Virus record (IMG/VR): IMGVR_UViG_3300032373_000068
Span: 1-34,852 of that record
Direction: 5' to 3' (one strand)
DNA length: 34,852 bases
Origin: a virus
Taxonomy: Duplodnaviria > Caudoviricetes
Shown here: positions 18,370 through 26,923 of the stretch, one piece after another
How the letters are laid out: each line of letters opens with the position of its first letter
Numbering within the stretch: the stretch's first letter is position 1
Program-made: the position numbers and the translations under genes
Notes under the pieces: model-generated
Seen by the model: the letters and a program-made list of their open reading frames with translations, nothing else
Told to the model about the DNA's origin: nothing
The model's database searches: none

Positions 18370-18392
18370 TTTCCCGGATTTGGGTTATAACA
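18370..18392 (-). promoter_or_regulatory. possible extended -10 promoter overlapped by an operator-like palindrome upstream of scaffold/capsid
   Basis: Minus strand TGtTATAAC (18392-18384) overlapping TAACCCA-AATC-CGGGAAA (18387-18370). Confidence 0.35.
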
Positions 18393-18418
18393 GGGTAGCA
18401 CGCGAATCAGACTGAATT

Positions 18419-19801
18419 CTATCTCCTGTTAAGGATCTCGATAATGTCCTCATCAAAAACCACAAAATTTCGAGTACCTTCACCAATATCGCGACTGCCT
18501 TGGTCAAAATACTTTGTGCCCTTAATGCCTAGAGCGTTAAGTTTTTGCGATGCTGTTTTCGGGTCGCCTAACGCTTCATACAATGCGCCGCCATTTTCTA
18601 ACGCGTCAAATATATTTATATTCAATTTCTTCCTAAGCTTTGACTTTGCTGCTTCATCCATGCCTTTCGAAAGCCTGTGATACTCAGCTAGATCCGGCCT
18701 TAATTCTTGAATTGCTTTTATCATGGGTTTTCTAACGCTGTCAGGCTGCTCACTCAATGGCGCATCCCAGTCAAGAAAATTATTGACGTGCTCGTCTGGT
18801 ATATCGACTTTATACATAAAACTAGATTTCGAGTCTATCTTGTCTAGTGTATGAGCCACTTCTTTGGCTTTCTTTATCATATCGCTGTCGTATCCGTTCT
18901 TTTTGGTGTAAAAATCAAGTATATCGTCGGCATCTTCGTGCATTAGCGCTCGCTCGTACAGCTCCATTTTTCCAGTGTCGTTTCGTGCCTCAGCTCCTTT
19001 GTAAAGATTCATCACCTCATCTTCGTAGTCGAAATCCCTGGGCGCATAACTTTTCGCCACATCCTTCTTTTGTGCAAAATAAAGCCCATGGCCATATGCT
19101 TGCGCACCCTCGCCCGAACCAATATGGTTCATTTTGAATTTATCAATTTTATGCGGACTGCCGTGCCATCCGCCTGCCATGCCGGCTTGCTTCTGCAGGA
19201 ATGAAGGCATTTTAGTTACATCATGCGGTCCCACTGCGATCACGTCGTCTGCTTGGTTCTGCAGCATGGTCGGTAGGTTTGCATCGTTAAAGCTTTTCAT
19301 TACGACGCTATCATTGCCGTTCATGGCCCGCATTAGCTTGGTTGGCATCATGGCCGGGCCTTTCGGTGCGCGGTTCATCAGCGGAATTAATCCCGCAATA
19401 CCTGCGCCTGTCATAGCTGCCATCTTACCGGCTACCGGCATGCCTTCCATCACCCTGAATGCATCGTCTAGCTTTTCGCCGATAGGTGATGTTCGCCACT
19501 CGTGTTCCTCTGGAGTTGACGATATTGGATCAAATGTAGGTTTACCCCATGCAATATTGCTTAGTGCTTCAGGTATGAATTGCGGCATTAGCATTCCGGG
19601 GATGCCGGTTTGATTTATTGGCTTGTGAACATAGTCGACCATGGGGTCTGCTATGTCTGCCAGCCATGGAATATTTGGACCGAATGCCTGATTCTCGTCT
19701 GGGTACATCAGTTTTTTAACGGCCTGATTGCCTATGTCGTCCATTAGCATTTGCTCAGACGCACCGAGTAATGCTTCCATATCTGGCATTGTTTTTGGCA
19801 T
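18419..19801 (-). CDS. protein with C-terminal ADP-ribosyltransferase-fold domain (polyvalent-protein ART-like)
   Basis: WHGSPH..DKF....IGSGEGAQAYGHGLYFA.....A..Y, Y.VDI, and GIKGTKY..G.RNFVVFD. Start moved to MPKTMPDM at 19801, just after the upstream stop. Confidence 0.7.
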   Translation of the reverse strand: MPKTMPDMEALLGASEQMLMDDIGNQAVKKLMYPDENQAFGPNIPWLADIADPMVDYVHKPINQTGIPGMLMPQFIPEALSNIAWGKPTFDPISSTPEEHEWRTSPIGEKLDDAFRVMEGMPVAGKMAAMTGAGIAGLIPLMNRAPKGPAMMPTKLMRAMNGNDSVVMKSFNDANLPTMLQNQADDVIAVGPHDVTKMPSFLQKQAGMAGGWHGSPHKIDKFKMNHIGSGEGAQAYGHGLYFAQKKDVAKSYAPRDFDYEDEVMNLYKGAEARNDTGKMELYERALMHEDADDILDFYTKKNGYDSDMIKKAKEVAHTLDKIDSKSSFMYKVDIPDEHVNNFLDWDAPLSEQPDSVRKPMIKAIQELRPDLAEYHRLSKGMDEAAKSKLRKKLNINIFDALENGGALYEALGDPKTASQKLNALGIKGTKYFDQGSRDIGEGTRNFVVFDEDIIEILNRR

Positions 19802-19802
19802 G

Positions 19803-20129
19803 TCAGCTCGCCCCTGACTGGTTGTAGGCGTCGATAACGGCCTGCTTGACGGCCTTTGTTCCGTCGTCTTTTTTGGGTAGTTGAGCTTTTGCTGATTCGA
19901 TGTTCTCTGTACCCACTTCGACGCAGCCATGTTCTCGCAGTTTGCGATTGTGCTCGGGCCTGGTGTTGACTGGCTGCCCGTCCAGTGGCGATATGTATGG
20001 ATCTATATCCGGGATGTAATTCCCGGCTGTTTTTCGCACCACGTCGTCTGGGCCGTATTTTTCATGCCAGGCGGCCTTGTCTATCCATTTGCCGGTTTCT
20101 TTGTCTTGCCTTAGCGTTTCTCTAGTCAT
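19803..20129 (-). CDS. conserved hypothetical protein downstream of portal
   Basis: IPDIDPYISPLDG..V.TR..H...LREHGCVEVG motif; 108 aa. Confidence 0.75.
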   Translation of the reverse strand: MTRETLRQDKETGKWIDKAAWHEKYGPDDVVRKTAGNYIPDIDPYISPLDGQPVNTRPEHNRKLREHGCVEVGTENIESAKAQLPKKDDGTKAVKQAVIDAYNQSGAS

Positions 20130-20131
20130 GG

Positions 20132-22153
20132 CTACCTCGTCACCTTCGTTTGCATATCAATAATATGCGATTCCTGTTTTTGTTTCATGTCCTGGCCGTG
20201 CTCCTGCTGTTTAAAGTCCATATCCTGAGCATGCTCATCGGACTTTATTTTCATATCGACCTGCGCTTTCTTTTCTTCAGGCGTAGGTTGTGGCGGCTGG
20301 TTTTTGGCCTTATCGGCGTCTGCTGCCATTTTCTTCTTGATGTCGCCCAGTGTTTTCTCGAACGACTCCTCAAGGTCACGCCCTGCACGGTATCGTCTAA
20401 TGCCGAACATCATCATCTCACCCAGTAGTGGTACCAGAAGCGGCTGACCTTGGCTGATCTGCATTGATGCGGTTAGGAATTCAGCGCTTGATCGTAAGAA
20501 TTCATTAGCGTTTTGTTTTTCTTCCTGCTCGTCCATGGCAATAGTGCTGTCTGTTTCGATATCCACCATAAATGTCCGCATGCTGTCGTTTTGCATGATG
20601 TCCATCATTTCATCGCTGACATCAAGGCCGGTGATTTTCTGCATGGTTTCCTGACTGAAATGCTCGGCGATAACTTCTGCTATCAAAGACACGACATGCT
20701 TTGCGTGTTTAGCTACCAGCTTCTGCTTTTTGCTCAAGCGCATAGATGCAAAGCGTCCCTTGATTTTTTGAGCTGCTGCCGTCTCGTTCGGGTTGGATGC
20801 GCCGCGAATAATATCGGCTATACCGGTGATCTCGTATAGGTCCTGCTTGATTTTGTCGCGTGCTAAGTACATTTCACGCAGCGCCACTATGATGTTTTCC
20901 AGCGGTAGCCAGCTTATTGCGCCTTGTATGCCTCCCTTGTCCTGAAAGCTTGCATAGTTTGATATCGCATATAGTTTGTTTTCGCTGGCCGAGGTAAGTA
21001 TTTTTTCCACGCCGGATGCGTTCTGGTCATAAACGCCTGTTACGCGGATGGCGTCGACCAGTAAATTAATGCGGGTGGTTAGCTCGTCCAGCTCTTTCGC
21101 CTGGTCCTGATACTGGATATATTCTGGCACGGGGGTCATGGTGCCGGTTGTTTTGGTCATAATCAGCGGCGGAGTGCAGGGGAAAAACCCGTGCAGGTTT
21201 AGATGTGGCTCATCTTTGTCCAGCGGTGTTTCGTTCCAGTCAGGACATATCCAGATAACCTTTTTGTCAATGCGGTCCCAGATTTCCCATACCATGGCTT
21301 TTTTAAGTAAAACCGCGCCGTCATCCTCAGCTTGCTGCTCGCTGCCCATGGTGTCGGGTCGGTGCTTTAGCGGTATGCGTTTGACTTCGTCTTTACCGAG
21401 CTGACTGTCGAATCGGTCATGTAATTCCTTTCTGCTCAGGTATGAGCGAAACGCTACCCATGGTACCTGCTTCCAGCTGCGTGCCTTGCCCATACGAAAA
21501 TCCTTCCAGAATACATGGACGCCATAGGCCTCCTCGTAATCCACGGCTCTGATCATTTCATAGCCTTTGCCGGTTATATCGTCTATCTCAGTGCCTTCTG
21601 GATAGATGGCTTTGCCCTGGACAGGTGTTGGGTTTTCAGGGGTTTCGTAGTTCGGTTCATAGGTTGTTTCGTAGCTGATGGGCTGAACAGGCACTCGCTT
21701 GTCGACCATGTAGGGCTTGTATACGATCCGGGTGACGGCGCGTCCTGGTAGTTGATATTCTTCCACAGCCGATTCCATTAAGTCATCAAAATCACATGTG
21801 TCTGAGTCTACCGAGTAGGCTGTGGCACGCTCCAGTACTCGGGCTACCTCTCGCGCTATCGGATTCTTGTCTTTAAATCGACGCGATACCTGTGGTTTCG
21901 GGGTGTGCATATACAGGGCAGGGATAAGCGTTTGCGTGTTGGACCACAGGACATTGAATTTCATATCGTTTTCGTCGGCCACTGTTCGCTCGTCACGATA
22001 GCGCTTCATGACTTTGTCGCCGCGCTTGATCCAGTCCTTGTCGTTCTTTGCTGCCAGATTTAGCTCAGCATTCCAGCGCTTAACTTCGGCAGCGCCTCCG
22101 AATCCGAAATCGGCTATTTCTTCTACTTGTTCAGTGCTTTGGTCTTCTGCCAT
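20132..22153 (-). CDS. portal protein
   Basis: 673 aa after TerL; FN.LWSN..TL.P.LY, GFFPC..P, PVP.Y..YQDQA.EL, YEITGIADIIRG, ETA.AQ.IK; C-terminal coiled coil. Confidence 0.9.
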   Translation of the reverse strand: MAEDQSTEQVEEIADFGFGGAAEVKRWNAELNLAAKNDKDWIKRGDKVMKRYRDERTVADENDMKFNVLWSNTQTLIPALYMHTPKPQVSRRFKDKNPIAREVARVLERATAYSVDSDTCDFDDLMESAVEEYQLPGRAVTRIVYKPYMVDKRVPVQPISYETTYEPNYETPENPTPVQGKAIYPEGTEIDDITGKGYEMIRAVDYEEAYGVHVFWKDFRMGKARSWKQVPWVAFRSYLSRKELHDRFDSQLGKDEVKRIPLKHRPDTMGSEQQAEDDGAVLLKKAMVWEIWDRIDKKVIWICPDWNETPLDKDEPHLNLHGFFPCTPPLIMTKTTGTMTPVPEYIQYQDQAKELDELTTRINLLVDAIRVTGVYDQNASGVEKILTSASENKLYAISNYASFQDKGGIQGAISWLPLENIIVALREMYLARDKIKQDLYEITGIADIIRGASNPNETAAAQKIKGRFASMRLSKKQKLVAKHAKHVVSLIAEVIAEHFSQETMQKITGLDVSDEMMDIMQNDSMRTFMVDIETDSTIAMDEQEEKQNANEFLRSSAEFLTASMQISQGQPLLVPLLGEMMMFGIRRYRAGRDLEESFEKTLGDIKKKMAADADKAKNQPPQPTPEEKKAQVDMKIKSDEHAQDMDFKQQEHGQDMKQKQESHIIDMQTKVTR

Positions 22154-22165
22154 GGTCGTGTCCCG

Positions 22166-23704
22166 TTATATTCGTCGGTGGTTGCCTTTTTTTGATGATG
22201 CCATATTATCCCACAGGTCGTTCAGTGTCATGTCGTGGATGCTGTTGATGGGTCTGGTTTCCTCTGGTAAGTCGCGCACATACGGTCGGCTCATCATGCC
22301 GTATCGCATTTCGTCCGGTGCGTGGTCCTCAGATGTAGTGTCGATATCCTCTGGGTGCCGTTCGTCGTGTTGCATGGCCGGGAGTGTGCGAATAATATGC
22401 TGGCACGTACTGAAAACATAGACCATTGGCTGCCCGTCTGCATCGCCGTCTAGTCTTGCTCTTATCTGATTCCATCCCGGTATGCGCTTATTGTCTGCTC
22501 TGAGGAAGTTGATCTTTTTGCCGGATCCCGCCCACATGTCCTCAGCCAGTGATGGTCCGCCGTCCTCGATAAATACCGCCGGGTCTGCGTATACGTCAAG
22601 ATATGCGCCGAAGCGCTCCACGATGCCGAGCCCCACGTCCCCTGCTTTTAGCTTAAGGCCGGTGTTGGGGATAAAATTACCGCTCGCGTCGTATTTGATG
22701 CCGTACCATTCGCCTATTCGAACCATTGCCCCTCGTGGAAAATAAAACGGCAGCAGTGGATGCTTTACTGTGCCGTCCATTACAGCCCACAGGCCGAAGC
22801 TAAACGGTTTCGCGCTACCCCAGTCAAAGCTGCCTATTACCTCGATGTGCGGTGGTATTTCAAATGGCGGAACAACATGTTTCTGTGCGTCCCAGTTGTC
22901 GAAGTAGGCGCCCTCGACCACGTCCCAGTCGCCCATTAGCCATGCTCGGACCAGCGACTCAGAGCCGGACTGCCTTAGTTTGGCAACGTAGGTCGGGTCG
23001 TTGGTCATTAGCTTTTTGTTGTCTGATAGCTTCGATGGAATAAAAACTCTGATCGATTTGACTGTGATTTCTGTGAATTCGCCGGCTTGTGGGTCCCATG
23101 CCTCGACGGTGAGTTCCTCAGTTACTGGCTGATAACCGTTTGGATTTGGGTCGATGTATCTGGCTTTCACCCACGTATGGCCTGGACCGCCTGGGTTTGC
23201 TGTTGCCATTAGTTTGCAGGGCACGCCGGTAGCTGATCGAAGTGTTGCGCGTAGTTTGTTGATGGGCGCAGGGCTTGCCCAGTTGGTTAGTTCTTCAAGG
23301 TATACGCGGGTATAGTTGTGTCCTTGGTATTTCTCAGCGTCACTGTCCTTTTCAAGCTGTCTAAACTTGAGGCGGCCGCCGCCTGGCATCATGAGTGTTT
23401 TCTTTTGCTCTCGATAAACTGCGCCTAGTGGCAGAAATATAGCTTTTGCACGTTCGATGGCTTCGTCGAGCTGGGTCATGGTTTTTCGGAAGAAAACGCC
23501 AATCGCGTCCTTTCCATGCCTGGCTGAGTGCTGCCCCCACTCGCCGAACATCCCGTCGGTTTTCCCGCCGCCTCGCGCACCACCAAACAAGACCTCGTCT
23601 ATTGCCGCCGGCAGTGCAAGCAATGCCTCCTGTGGACCAGGCTGTGGTCGCCATGTTATTGCTTCGTTTGGCTGGGTAGTTTGGGCGTGAACTGCTGCTG
23701 CCAT
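22166..23704 (-). CDS. terL: terminase large subunit
   Basis: PQPGPQ, Walker A GGARGGGKT, Walker B VYLEELT, ATANPGG.GH.WV, nuclease DWG, EDHAPDEMRY. Confidence 0.95.
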   Translation of the reverse strand: MAAAVHAQTTQPNEAITWRPQPGPQEALLALPAAIDEVLFGGARGGGKTDGMFGEWGQHSARHGKDAIGVFFRKTMTQLDEAIERAKAIFLPLGAVYREQKKTLMMPGGGRLKFRQLEKDSDAEKYQGHNYTRVYLEELTNWASPAPINKLRATLRSATGVPCKLMATANPGGPGHTWVKARYIDPNPNGYQPVTEELTVEAWDPQAGEFTEITVKSIRVFIPSKLSDNKKLMTNDPTYVAKLRQSGSESLVRAWLMGDWDVVEGAYFDNWDAQKHVVPPFEIPPHIEVIGSFDWGSAKPFSFGLWAVMDGTVKHPLLPFYFPRGAMVRIGEWYGIKYDASGNFIPNTGLKLKAGDVGLGIVERFGAYLDVYADPAVFIEDGGPSLAEDMWAGSGKKINFLRADNKRIPGWNQIRARLDGDADGQPMVYVFSTCQHIIRTLPAMQHDERHPEDIDTTSEDHAPDEMRYGMMSRPYVRDLPEETRPINSIHDMTLNDLWDNMASSKKGNHRRI

Positions 23705-24234
23705 GTGTTTATATCCTGTGATTCTGCGCGGCCTTCCATGTAGAAATTATTGATAGCAGCTTCCATGTCGACTTTGTCTTTCCAGCCGGCTTTGTTTTTC
23801 AGGTAGAAGATGATCGCGCCAAGGCTGCCGCTCATGCCTTCACTGTATAGCTTCCCGGTCATGGCTGCGATGCCTTTTGCGTTGCCGCGCACGAATGCCT
23901 CAGCCAGCTCGGGGTCTTTGGGTTTGCGTTTGGTCAGGTATTGCGCCCCGTATCCCAGAGCCGCTGATATCTGTTCCTCTGTACATCCCTGGCCTGATAG
24001 TGTTTCGATGAGCTCATAATTTGGCGCTGTTTGTGCCTCGTCCTTCGCTTCGTCGATGACGGCTGCCAGCTCTGGGTTTTTATGCCTTTGCTGCGTTAGG
24101 TAGTTTTTGGCCTTACCCATCTGGACCGATATCTGCTCGAGAGTGAACCCGGACACGATCAGCGTTTTGACCATGCTGGGGTCTATAGGCGGCTTTTCTT
24201 TTCGCCTGGGTGGTGGTTTTGGCTTATCACTCAT
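23656..24234 (-). CDS. terS: terminase small subunit with duplicated HTH
   Basis: Directly upstream of TerL; two HTH-like repeats and a C-terminal A.IFYLKNKAGWKD motif. Confidence 0.8.
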   Translation of the reverse strand: MSDKPKPPPRRKEKPPIDPSMVKTLIVSGFTLEQISVQMGKAKNYLTQQRHKNPELAAVIDEAKDEAQTAPNYELIETLSGQGCTEEQISAALGYGAQYLTKRKPKDPELAEAFVRGNAKGIAAMTGKLYSEGMSGSLGAIIFYLKNKAGWKDKVDMEAAINNFYMEGRAESQDINTWQQQFTPKLPSQTKQ

Positions 24235-25525
24235 TATCGGCTCGCTTGTTGAAGTACTCACCTGTGCCTTTCATGGTAGCATACTCTCCCGTGTAATCCT
24301 GCCAGCGCCTGATTATCACGTCGCAGTATTTTGGGTCCAGCTCGATGCATCGACAGCGGCGACCGGTATCCTCGCAAGCCATGAGGGTGGATCCGCTCCC
24401 ACCGAATGGTTCCAGTACGATGTTATTCCTGGCCGAGCTGTTTTTGATCAGTTTGATCATGAGCGCGACCGGCTTCATCGTTGGGTGTTCGGCTGACTTT
24501 TTCGGTTTGTCGATGCGAATAATGGTTGATTCGTCACGGTATATGGCTTGCAGCATTTTGAGTAATTCGTCTTTTTCCATTGACTCAAGTAAGTCCTTCA
24601 TGCCGTCCTGTACCGTGGTGTGACAAAATGTCCCATGCCATTTGTGTGGGCCGCCGGGTTTCCATCCGTACAGGATTGGTTCGTGCTGCCATTGGTAGTC
24701 TTGACAACCGAGGGTGAAGTGATCTTTTACCCAGATCAGGCATTGTTTCAGCGCCCAGCCTGACTCAACCATGGCCTGCCTGAAATTGGTGCCCTCAGTG
24801 TCTGCGTGCGCGATGTAGATGGCACCACCTTTTTTGGTGCTTTGTAGGCAAGCATTAAACGCATGGTTTAAAAAGTTTTTGAACACCTCGTCCGGCATGT
24901 GGTCGTTCATGATCGATTTGCCGTCGGCTGATTCGTAGTTGATGTTGTATGGCGGGTCGGTCCACACCATGTCTGCCTTCTGCTTACCCATCAGGCTGTC
25001 GTAGGTGTCTCTTTTGGTGCTGTCTCCGCAGATCAGAACGTGGTCGCCAAGCTGCCACATGTCACCTGGTTGTGTGGTGATAATTGTCTCGATCGACGGT
25101 ATATCGTTCACGTCTGTTTTCCGGTGCTGCTTTTCCTTGAACATCTCATCGATTTCGAGCGTACTGAATCCAGTTAATGACAGGTCCATGCCGCCTGCAT
25201 CCAGGCCGGTTATTTCGAGCTTCAGTAGGTCCATATCCCATGCCGCGTCTTCCCCGGTCCTGTTGTCTGCTATTCGGTAGGCTTTGACCTGTTCGTCGGT
25301 CAGGCCGGTGGCTACGTGTACCGGGACCTCTTTCTGCTTCAGCTTTTTGGCTGCCTCGTAGCGGGTGTGGCCTACGATGATGATGTTGTCTTTATCGACG
25401 ACGATGGGTTGTCGCCACCCGTATTCCTTGAGGCTGCCTGCTACTTTGTTGATTGCCTTTTTGTTCAGGCGCGGGTTGTTCTCGTATGGCGTGATGCTAT
25501 CGATCGGCATGGATGTGATTTGCAT
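24227..25525 (-). CDS. ParB-like N-terminal domain fused to an N6-adenine/N4-cytosine DNA methyltransferase
   Basis: I.PYENNPR..GW.QPIVVD..I.VGHTR..YRIADN (ParB/Srx); TDPPYN, HPTMKPV, LEPFGGSGST (beta-class MTase order). Confidence 0.92.
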   Translation of the reverse strand: MQITSMPIDSITPYENNPRLNKKAINKVAGSLKEYGWRQPIVVDKDNIIIVGHTRYEAAKKLKQKEVPVHVATGLTDEQVKAYRIADNRTGEDAAWDMDLLKLEITGLDAGGMDLSLTGFSTLEIDEMFKEKQHRKTDVNDIPSIETIITTQPGDMWQLGDHVLICGDSTKRDTYDSLMGKQKADMVWTDPPYNINYESADGKSIMNDHMPDEVFKNFLNHAFNACLQSTKKGGAIYIAHADTEGTNFRQAMVESGWALKQCLIWVKDHFTLGCQDYQWQHEPILYGWKPGGPHKWHGTFCHTTVQDGMKDLLESMEKDELLKMLQAIYRDESTIIRIDKPKKSAEHPTMKPVALMIKLIKNSSARNNIVLEPFGGSGSTLMACEDTGRRCRCIELDPKYCDVIIRRWQDYTGEYATMKGTGEYFNKRADNE

Positions 25526-25527
25526 GG

Positions 25528-25758
25528 CTATGTTTTCTCCTGATATTGGTGACTCGAGTACTTGTTCGCGTAGTGCTTCATGCGCTGCCAGACGGCCTTA
25601 ACTGTTTTCTTACTGATTTTGTTTCGCTTATATCGCTTTACCGTCAAGATATATTTTAGTTGTAGGTGTCGTGATATGTTGGCCCAGTGCTTCGGGCATA
25701 TCCACTCGCCTGGGTAGCTTGTGGTTTTTCTGCAGTTTGTTACTTGGCATTTGTTCAC
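25528..25758 (-). CDS. small Cys/His-containing basic hypothetical protein
   Basis: C...C...ICPKHW motif; GAGGTG SD; GTG start. Confidence 0.65.
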   Translation of the reverse strand: MNKCQVTNCRKTTSYPGEWICPKHWANISRHLQLKYILTVKRYKRNKISKKTVKAVWQRMKHYANKYSSHQYQEKT

Positions 25759-25794
25759 GGCTAGTTTTCACCTCGTTAGGTTAGTTAAATAAAA

Positions 25795-25860
25795 GACACG
25801 GGGCCGGATTCGAACCGACGACTCGGGGTTAGCCGGCCCCAGGTCCTCCACGCCCATGTC
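25795..25860 (-). ncRNA. tRNA-like element lacking a D-arm
   Basis: GACAUGGG/CCCGUGUC 8-bp acceptor-like stem; T-arm GUCGG-UUCGAAU-CCGGC; UGGGG-CCGGCUAA-CCCCG stem-loop; no D stem; no encoded CCA. Confidence 0.6.
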
Positions 25861-26179
25861 AGGGTGCTATGTTAGCAAGTAGGTACACCGAATAGCAAAG
25901 GCCGGCGAATGCGACCATGTACAGCGTAGCCCTGACCGCTGATGCTTTGTCTTTGTTTCGATACTCCCAGTAGTCTGGGTCAGGTGTGTACACCTTGCCT
26001 CGCTTTTGTGGTTGCTCTGGATTGGGCGGCACATAATCGAGTGGCGCCTCGACCTGATCCTTCTGAACAGCCTTGAACTTCGCCGTCCTGCCACAGTGGC
26101 ACTTGTGGCTACCGTAGGCCCTGGACACTAAGCCGGCCATGTTGAGACTGTGTTTGCTGCAGTAGTATTTCGTTGTCAT
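25859..26179 (-). CDS. hypothetical protein with Cys-rich N-terminus and C-terminal TM helix
   Basis: YCCSKH..C.CG; hydrophobic C-terminus; GGAG SD. Confidence 0.65.
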   Translation of the reverse strand: MTTKYYCSKHSLNMAGLVSRAYGSHKCHCGRTAKFKAVQKDQVEAPLDYVPPNPEQPQKRGKVYTPDPDYWEYRNKDKASAVRATLYMVAFAGLCYSVYLLANIAP

Positions 26180-26195
26180 TTTGTTTCTCCAGTGG

Positions 26196-26366
26196 TTATT
26201 CGTCCAGCTCGTCTAAGATATTAAAAACCTCGACCATTGCGTCATTGAGTTTTTCTACGTCGTCGATGTGGAAGTTGTTCATGTTCAGCTCGGGCGATTG
26301 GTATGCAATGTCCCTGGCTAGTTTTATTTTGGCTTTCGCTTCATCGATGTTGCTTGCTATATCCAT
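26196..26366 (-). CDS. small acidic hypothetical protein (56 aa; not in ORF track)
   Basis: MDIASNIDEAKAKIKLARDIAYQSPELNMNNFHIDDVEKLNDAMVEVFNILDELDE; AGGA SD; fills the gap in the operon. Confidence 0.65.
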   Translation of the reverse strand: MDIASNIDEAKAKIKLARDIAYQSPELNMNNFHIDDVEKLNDAMVEVFNILDELDE

Positions 26367-26375
26367 GGTCTGGTC

Positions 26376-26651
26376 CTAGTTCGTGATGATCTTCTTTTCA
26401 GGAGGCAGCTCGATGTCCGAGGCCTTCTTTGCCTGTGGAACCATAATGCCGGGCGGGTTTTGAATCATCTGCAGAACATCACTCATCGTCACCATCCACG
26501 CCTGATCTTCCGCTCCTTCAAGTTGCACCAAAACAGCGAACTGACCGGGTGCTGGCTGGATGATCTGACACCTCAAATGAGCGTCATCTGGCACCTCAGC
26601 TGTTTTATCATCGTTTATATCGTTTCGCATACTGTCCTGTTCTTGGGTCAT
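26376..26651 (-). CDS. hypothetical protein
   Basis: 91 aa, GAGGTG SD, ATGA-coupled. Confidence 0.65.
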   Translation of the reverse strand: MTQEQDSMRNDINDDKTAEVPDDAHLRCQIIQPAPGQFAVLVQLEGAEDQAWMVTMSDVLQMIQNPPGIMVPQAKKASDIELPPEKKIITN

Positions 26652-26923
26652 GGTTTCACCTCATTGAGTCTATTGGCTGTTATAGCCTGGTTGATTTCAT
26701 CCACGTCCTCACGGTTGTACCAGGAGCCGATTTTGACAATATCGGTCCCTTTCATACCATAAAGCTCGTGAACGTTGTTTATTTCACGCATGCGCCTTCG
26801 ACTGCTGTCTCTGAAGCGGAGATATTCGTCATAGGTACCCGCTAGTACCAGGAGTAGCTTCTGGTCTTTTTGTCGTTGCTTTGCTGCTTCCATGTTGATG
26901 ATGTTGGGTCGTGAGTTGTTCAT
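26648..26923 (-). CDS. hypothetical protein
   Basis: 91 aa, GGAG SD, coupled to both neighbours. Confidence 0.65.
   Translation of the reverse strand: MNNSRPNIINMEAAKQRQKDQKLLLVLAGTYDEYLRFRDSSRRRMREINNVHELYGMKGTDIVKIGSWYNREDVDEINQAITANRLNEVKP

Noticed and set aside
19802-19930. N-terminal extension of the 503-aa ORF
   Set aside because: It overlaps the conserved 19803-20129 gene; the ATG at 19801 follows that gene's stop directly.
24227-25525. ParB-MTase as a partition system or restriction-modification system
   Set aside because: No ParA or restriction endonuclease nearby; ParB-MTase fusions upstream of terminase genes are common in phages.
25795-25860. Calling the element a functional tRNA-Ser, tRNA-His or tRNA-Sec
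   Set aside because: No D stem, an 8-nt loop without U33, no long variable arm and no CCA; kept only as tRNA-like.
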